Assembly (NCBI GenBank): GCA_012798115.1
Contig: JAAZNV010000006.1
Span: 91,971-155,970 of the forward strand
DNA length: 64,000 nt
Direction of reading: 5' to 3'
Source of the DNA: a candidate division WWE3 bacterium
GTDB lineage: Bacteria > Patescibacteriota > WWE3 > UBA101185 > UBA10185
Shown in pieces: positions 60,260 through 64,000 of the stretch (its first letter is position 1; each line of letters starts with the position of its first letter). The position numbers and the translations under genes were made by a program. Below the pieces are notes generated by a model. It did no database searches and had not been told where the DNA came from. It saw nothing but the letters and a program-made list of their open reading frames with translations.

Positions 60260-61922
60260 AATAAAAGCCTTTTTTTCAAAATTTAAATACGAGCTTGTTG
60301 TTTTTCTTGTTTTTGTCTTGGTAAGACTCCCAAGTTTAGGTCATGATAATTTTAATACTGATGTATGGAGGTGGAAAGCAAGATCATATGATTTTGGAAA
60401 TGGTGTCTTTTTAAGGCAGTTTGCAAACACTCTTCAGAAATATCATCCTGGCGTAACTTTAATGTGGGTGTCTGGTATTGGAGCAAAGATAAATAATGCG
60501 TACAGTGTAGCAAGAGGAATTTCCTTATCTGCTGATAACAATATAAATATAATATTTCAATTGGATTTCATTCAAAAGTTTCTAATTGTATGTACCATTG
60601 GTATTGCCTTGTCTTTCATATTTTATGTTTTAAGAAATGTTTTTGGTCTAAAGTATGCTATTGTTTCAATATTTCTCTTATCATTTGAACCATTTTATCT
60701 TGCTTTAACTAGGGTGATTCATCTTGAGGGGTTGGTTTCTACGTTTATGTTAGCTAGTGTAGTTTGGCTTTACTATTATTTTCTTAATGATAGAAACTAC
60801 AAAAGATTAATTATTTCTGGGTTATTTGCTGGATTTTCTGTTCTTACTAAGACTTCTGCTATCTTTTTAATTCCTTTTTGTGGTTTATCTACTGCTCTTT
60901 TCTTCTTAAAGGGGAAACAAGATGAAAGAGTAAATAATGAGAAAAAGATAAAGAATGTACTTGTATCTATTTTTAGGGTATTTTTCATTTGGTTTGGGGT
61001 TTTACTAGTTACTTTCTTTGTTTTTTGGCCTGCTATGTGGGTAGAACCATTAAAAGTATTCCAAACCTTATATGAAGGTATAGCTTCTGTTGGGGTGGAA
61101 GGAGATCATATTCAGTATTACTTTGGAAGGTTAGTGGAAGATCCAGGCCCTAGTTTTTATTTTGTAGTTTTAGGTTTTAGGTCGTCGATTTACCTTCTTG
61201 TAGGCTTTGTTGGCTCTTTAATTATAAGAAAAAAATTACCTGTTAACTTAAGGAGGTTTATGGATTATCTTCTTATTTTTGTTTTCTTTTACTTTATTCA
61301 ATTAACTCTTCCATCAAAAAAGTTGGATAGGTACATACTTCCTGAACTTGTAGTTATGTCTCTTATTTCTTCTATGTTTTTTGTTTGGTTGTTTGAAAAA
61401 CTAAACTTTAAGAAAGTTATGGTAATGGTATTTATGATGCCTGCTATTTTAACTGCTTTGTACCTTCATCCTGAGTATATGTCTTATTACAACCCAATGT
61501 TTGGTGGAATAAAAATTGGGGTTAAGACTTTAGAGCCTAAATGGTTAATAGGCACAAGTAATATTATTAGGTACTTTAAAGGTTTATCTGAAAGAGATAA
61601 TTTACAATCTTCTTTTAATACTTCATTTGAAGAATTAGTTTACGTTCATCATGGAAGAGATCTTGAACCATTATTAACTGTTGCTTTTAGGGAAAAGTAT
61701 TATACCCAAATATGGCCATTTTTTAGAGAATTTGGAGCATGGCCTGTCATTGAATCTTTAACCCCATTTGCAGAAAGAACAAAATATTTTGTTTACCCTG
61801 TATGGGATGATACTGCATCTACAGAAAATAGATTTACTCTTAGATATGTTGACACCATCAAGTTAAGAGGAGCCCCTCTTTATAACGTCTACTTTAATGA
61901 AACTTTGGTAAATGAAAGATAA
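60240..61922 (+). CDS. ArnT/PMT-like GT-C membrane glycosyltransferase (paralog 3)
   Basis: KYHPGVTLMWVSGIGAKI nearly identical to the corresponding block of paralog 1; polytopic. Confidence 0.65.
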   Translation: MKNLLSKIKAFFSKFKYELVVFLVFVLVRLPSLGHDNFNTDVWRWKARSYDFGNGVFLRQFANTLQKYHPGVTLMWVSGIGAKINNAYSVARGISLSADNNINIIFQLDFIQKFLIVCTIGIALSFIFYVLRNVFGLKYAIVSIFLLSFEPFYLALTRVIHLEGLVSTFMLASVVWLYYYFLNDRNYKRLIISGLFAGFSVLTKTSAIFLIPFCGLSTALFFLKGKQDERVNNEKKIKNVLVSIFRVFFIWFGVLLVTFFVFWPAMWVEPLKVFQTLYEGIASVGVEGDHIQYYFGRLVEDPGPSFYFVVLGFRSSIYLLVGFVGSLIIRKKLPVNLRRFMDYLLIFVFFYFIQLTLPSKKLDRYILPELVVMSLISSMFFVWLFEKLNFKKVMVMVFMMPAILTALYLHPEYMSYYNPMFGGIKIGVKTLEPKWLIGTSNIIRYFKGLSERDNLQSSFNTSFEELVYVHHGRDLEPLLTVAFREKYYTQIWPFFREFGAWPVIESLTPFAERTKYFVYPVWDDTASTENRFTLRYVDTIKLRGAPLYNVYFNETLVNER

Positions 61923-63198
61923 GTTAAATAATATAAAAGGGAATAAAGATCTATATGAAACTGTTCTTGTGGGTACTGGCACCATTGTTGGCTCTTTTTT
62001 TAGTTATCTATTGCAGTTTATCTTAGGGAGGAAATTGTCAGTTGAAGATTACGGGTCTTTTAACACTCTTCTTTCTGTTTCTAGTTTAGTAGGTGTTTTG
62101 TCCACGGTTTTAGGAGTGTCTTTAGTAAAGGTATCTTCAGATCTTTATGTTAATGAGGAGAAAGAAAAGCTTAAACTTTTATTTGTTAACATATCTAAAC
62201 TTTCATTACTTACAGGAGCATTTTTGTTTTTAGTAGTGTTTTCTTCTAGGTATGCTATTTCTAATTTGTTTAGGATAAGTAATGTTGTTGTTATTTCCTA
62301 TTTTGCAGCAAATGTTGGTTTATCAATTTTAAATGGTGTTCCTCCTAGTTTTATAAGAGGCTTGCAAAGATTCAGAAGATTTTCTTTATATCAAGTTTTA
62401 TCTTGTTTAAATAGGTTTTTATTTCCTACAATACTTGTTTTTATGGGATTTGGGTTGACTGGCGTATTCAAAGGGTTAACAATTTCTTCAATTTTAACCA
62501 TTGTTTTAGGGTTTGTTCTTTTAGGATTGAACTTAAGAACATTCAAGGACTTAAATTTAACCAAGGAGTATAAAAAGATATTATCTTTTAGCCTCCCTGT
62601 AATATTTACTCATCTTTTTACCACTTCTTTAACAAATACTGATTTAATTTTAGTTAAAAAATACTTTTCACCATTAGAGGCAGGCTATTATGCAGGCGCT
62701 GTAACTTTGGGAAAGATTCTTTTGTTTGGAGCTGGTGCTGTAACTATTGTTATGTTTCCAAAGATATCTGCTTTGTATGCTAAAAAAGAAGATTTTTATC
62801 CAAGATTTAAAAACTTGTCAATGATTCTCTTAGGTGTTCTTTTAGTGGGAATTCTTAGCTACTCAATATTCCCGGCATTGCTTACAAAGATATTTTTTGG
62901 AATAAGCTTTGAAAACTCTGTTAAATACCTTCCTATGTTTTCTATTGGTGTTTCTTTGTTTGTTCTTGTTAATTTTTTTACTACATTCTTCCTTGCTGTT
63001 GAAAAAACAAACGTGTCTTTTTTGCTTCTTCCTGGTGTAGTCTTGCAATATTTGCTTATAACAACTCATCATTCTTCCTTATATGAAGTTATAGAAGCTA
63101 ATATTTTTGCATGTATAATAACGTTAGTTTTGCTAGTATTTTACTTTTATGCCCAAAGATCTAAATGGTTAAAAACATCGTTAAAACTAAAAAGTTAG
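61912..63198 (+). CDS. Wzx-like MOP-superfamily flippase (second copy)
   Basis: About 12-14 TM; polysaccharide-biosynthesis-protein-like. Confidence 0.55.
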   Translation: MKDKLNNIKGNKDLYETVLVGTGTIVGSFFSYLLQFILGRKLSVEDYGSFNTLLSVSSLVGVLSTVLGVSLVKVSSDLYVNEEKEKLKLLFVNISKLSLLTGAFLFLVVFSSRYAISNLFRISNVVVISYFAANVGLSILNGVPPSFIRGLQRFRRFSLYQVLSCLNRFLFPTILVFMGFGLTGVFKGLTISSILTIVLGFVLLGLNLRTFKDLNLTKEYKKILSFSLPVIFTHLFTTSLTNTDLILVKKYFSPLEAGYYAGAVTLGKILLFGAGAVTIVMFPKISALYAKKEDFYPRFKNLSMILLGVLLVGILSYSIFPALLTKIFFGISFENSVKYLPMFSIGVSLFVLVNFFTTFFLAVEKTNVSFLLLPGVVLQYLLITTHHSSLYEVIEANIFACIITLVLLVFYFYAQRSKWLKTSLKLKS

Positions 63199-64000
63199 TT
63201 TCTGTAATTATCCCTGCCTACAAACAAGAAAAGACCATAGAAAAAGATTTAAGGAATATTTATGGTGTTATGTCAGAAACTAGATGGGATTTTGAGATTA
63301 TTGTTGTAGTTGATGGTATGTTAGATAAAACTTTTGAAAATGCAAGAAGAGTAAATGAAAAGAATGTGAAAGTTACAGGCTATGAAACTAATCATGGAAA
63401 AGGATATGCAGTTAGATATGGAATGGTTAGAGCGAAAGGAGACTATATTGCTTTTATTGACTCTGGAATGGAGATACAACCTAATGGTATTTCTATGCTC
63501 TTAGAACACATGGAATGGTATAACGCAGATATTATGCTGGGAAGCAAAAGACACCCTGCTTCTAAAGTTAATTACCCTTCCTTTAGAAGATTTTATAGTT
63601 TTGTATATCATGCAATAGTTAAAGTTTTATTTAGAATTCCAGTAAAAGATACTCAAGTTGGTTTAAAAGTGTTTAAAAGGAATGTGCTTGAGGCAGTACT
63701 CCCTAGACTTGTAATTAAACAATATGCTTTTGATATTGAGCTTTTAGCTGTTGCACATAGATTGGGTTTTAAAAGAATATATGAAGCACCTGTGTATATA
63801 AGTATAGATTTTAGTTCAGGAACCAACTTTGGAAGGTTTCTTCCTTTTAGTAGATATATTCGTAAGATGTTGTTTGATACTTTGGCTGTATTTTATAGAA
63901 TGTACTTTCTACGTTACTATGATGATAGAAGCAAGCAAAAATGGGTTTATGATAAGGAGCTTGATATGAAAGTAAATACTGGAGGTTTATATGACTCATA
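63165..64000 (+). CDS. GT2 glycosyltransferase (3' end truncated by window edge; not in the ORF track)
   Basis: Hand translation from ATG 63165: MVKNIVKTKKLVSVIIPAYKQEKTIEK ... IIVVVDGMLDKT ... FIDSGME; open to the window end. Confidence 0.7.
   Translation, partial: MVKNIVKTKKLVSVIIPAYKQEKTIEKDLRNIYGVMSETRWDFEIIVVVDGMLDKTFENARRVNEKNVKVTGYETNHGKGYAVRYGMVRAKGDYIAFIDSGMEIQPNGISMLLEHMEWYNADIMLGSKRHPASKVNYPSFRRFYSFVYHAIVKVLFRIPVKDTQVGLKVFKRNVLEAVLPRLVIKQYAFDIELLAVAHRLGFKRIYEAPVYISIDFSSGTNFGRFLPFSRYIRKMLFDTLAVFYRMYFLRYYDDRSKQKWVYDKELDMKVNTGGLYDS

Noticed and set aside
1-64000. CRISPR arrays, IS elements, integrases, rRNA
   Set aside because: No direct-repeat arrays, no transposase or integrase-like ORFs, and no rRNA-like conserved blocks were seen on either strand.

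Overview
Low-GC (~33% by eye) bacterial window with very compact, frequently overlapping genes. Assigning it to a small-genome Patescibacteria/CPR lineage is an inference, resting on the S5-L15 junction lacking L30, the absence of map after adk, a shortened L3 and Lys/Glu-rich tails on r-proteins.

First ~11 kb: a 5'-truncated ftsK, prfB, a membrane-anchored double-ring Clp/Hsp100 ATPase, a SipW-type signal peptidase with a TasA/camelysin-like secreted partner, radC, an XRE regulator, and a minus-strand rpsI-rplM / rplQ-rpoA-rpsD-rpsK-rpsM-rpmJ-infA block.

Middle, ~12-42 kb: serS, a spermidine-synthase-like methyltransferase, uppP, secA, a TPR-containing polytopic membrane protein, lepB, then rpoB-rpoC-rpsL-rpsG-fusA-tuf and an S10/spc cluster running to secY-ybaB-adk.

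Last ~21 kb, 43.1-64.0 kb: a dense same-strand envelope-glycosylation island. It holds four DPM1/ArnC-like GT2 polyprenyl-phosphate glycosyltransferases (one fused to GtrA), UDP-glucose dehydrogenase, three GT4 enzymes, four ArnT/PMT-like GT-C membrane glycosyltransferases (three in tandem), a DUF2079-like polytopic protein, two Wzx-like flippases and an LPG-synthase-like flippase-domain protein. I consider this lipid-linked-sugar / GT-C system, which has no Wzy polymerase or Wzz chain-length regulator, the most interesting part of the window.

No CRISPR, tRNA, rRNA or transposase was found.
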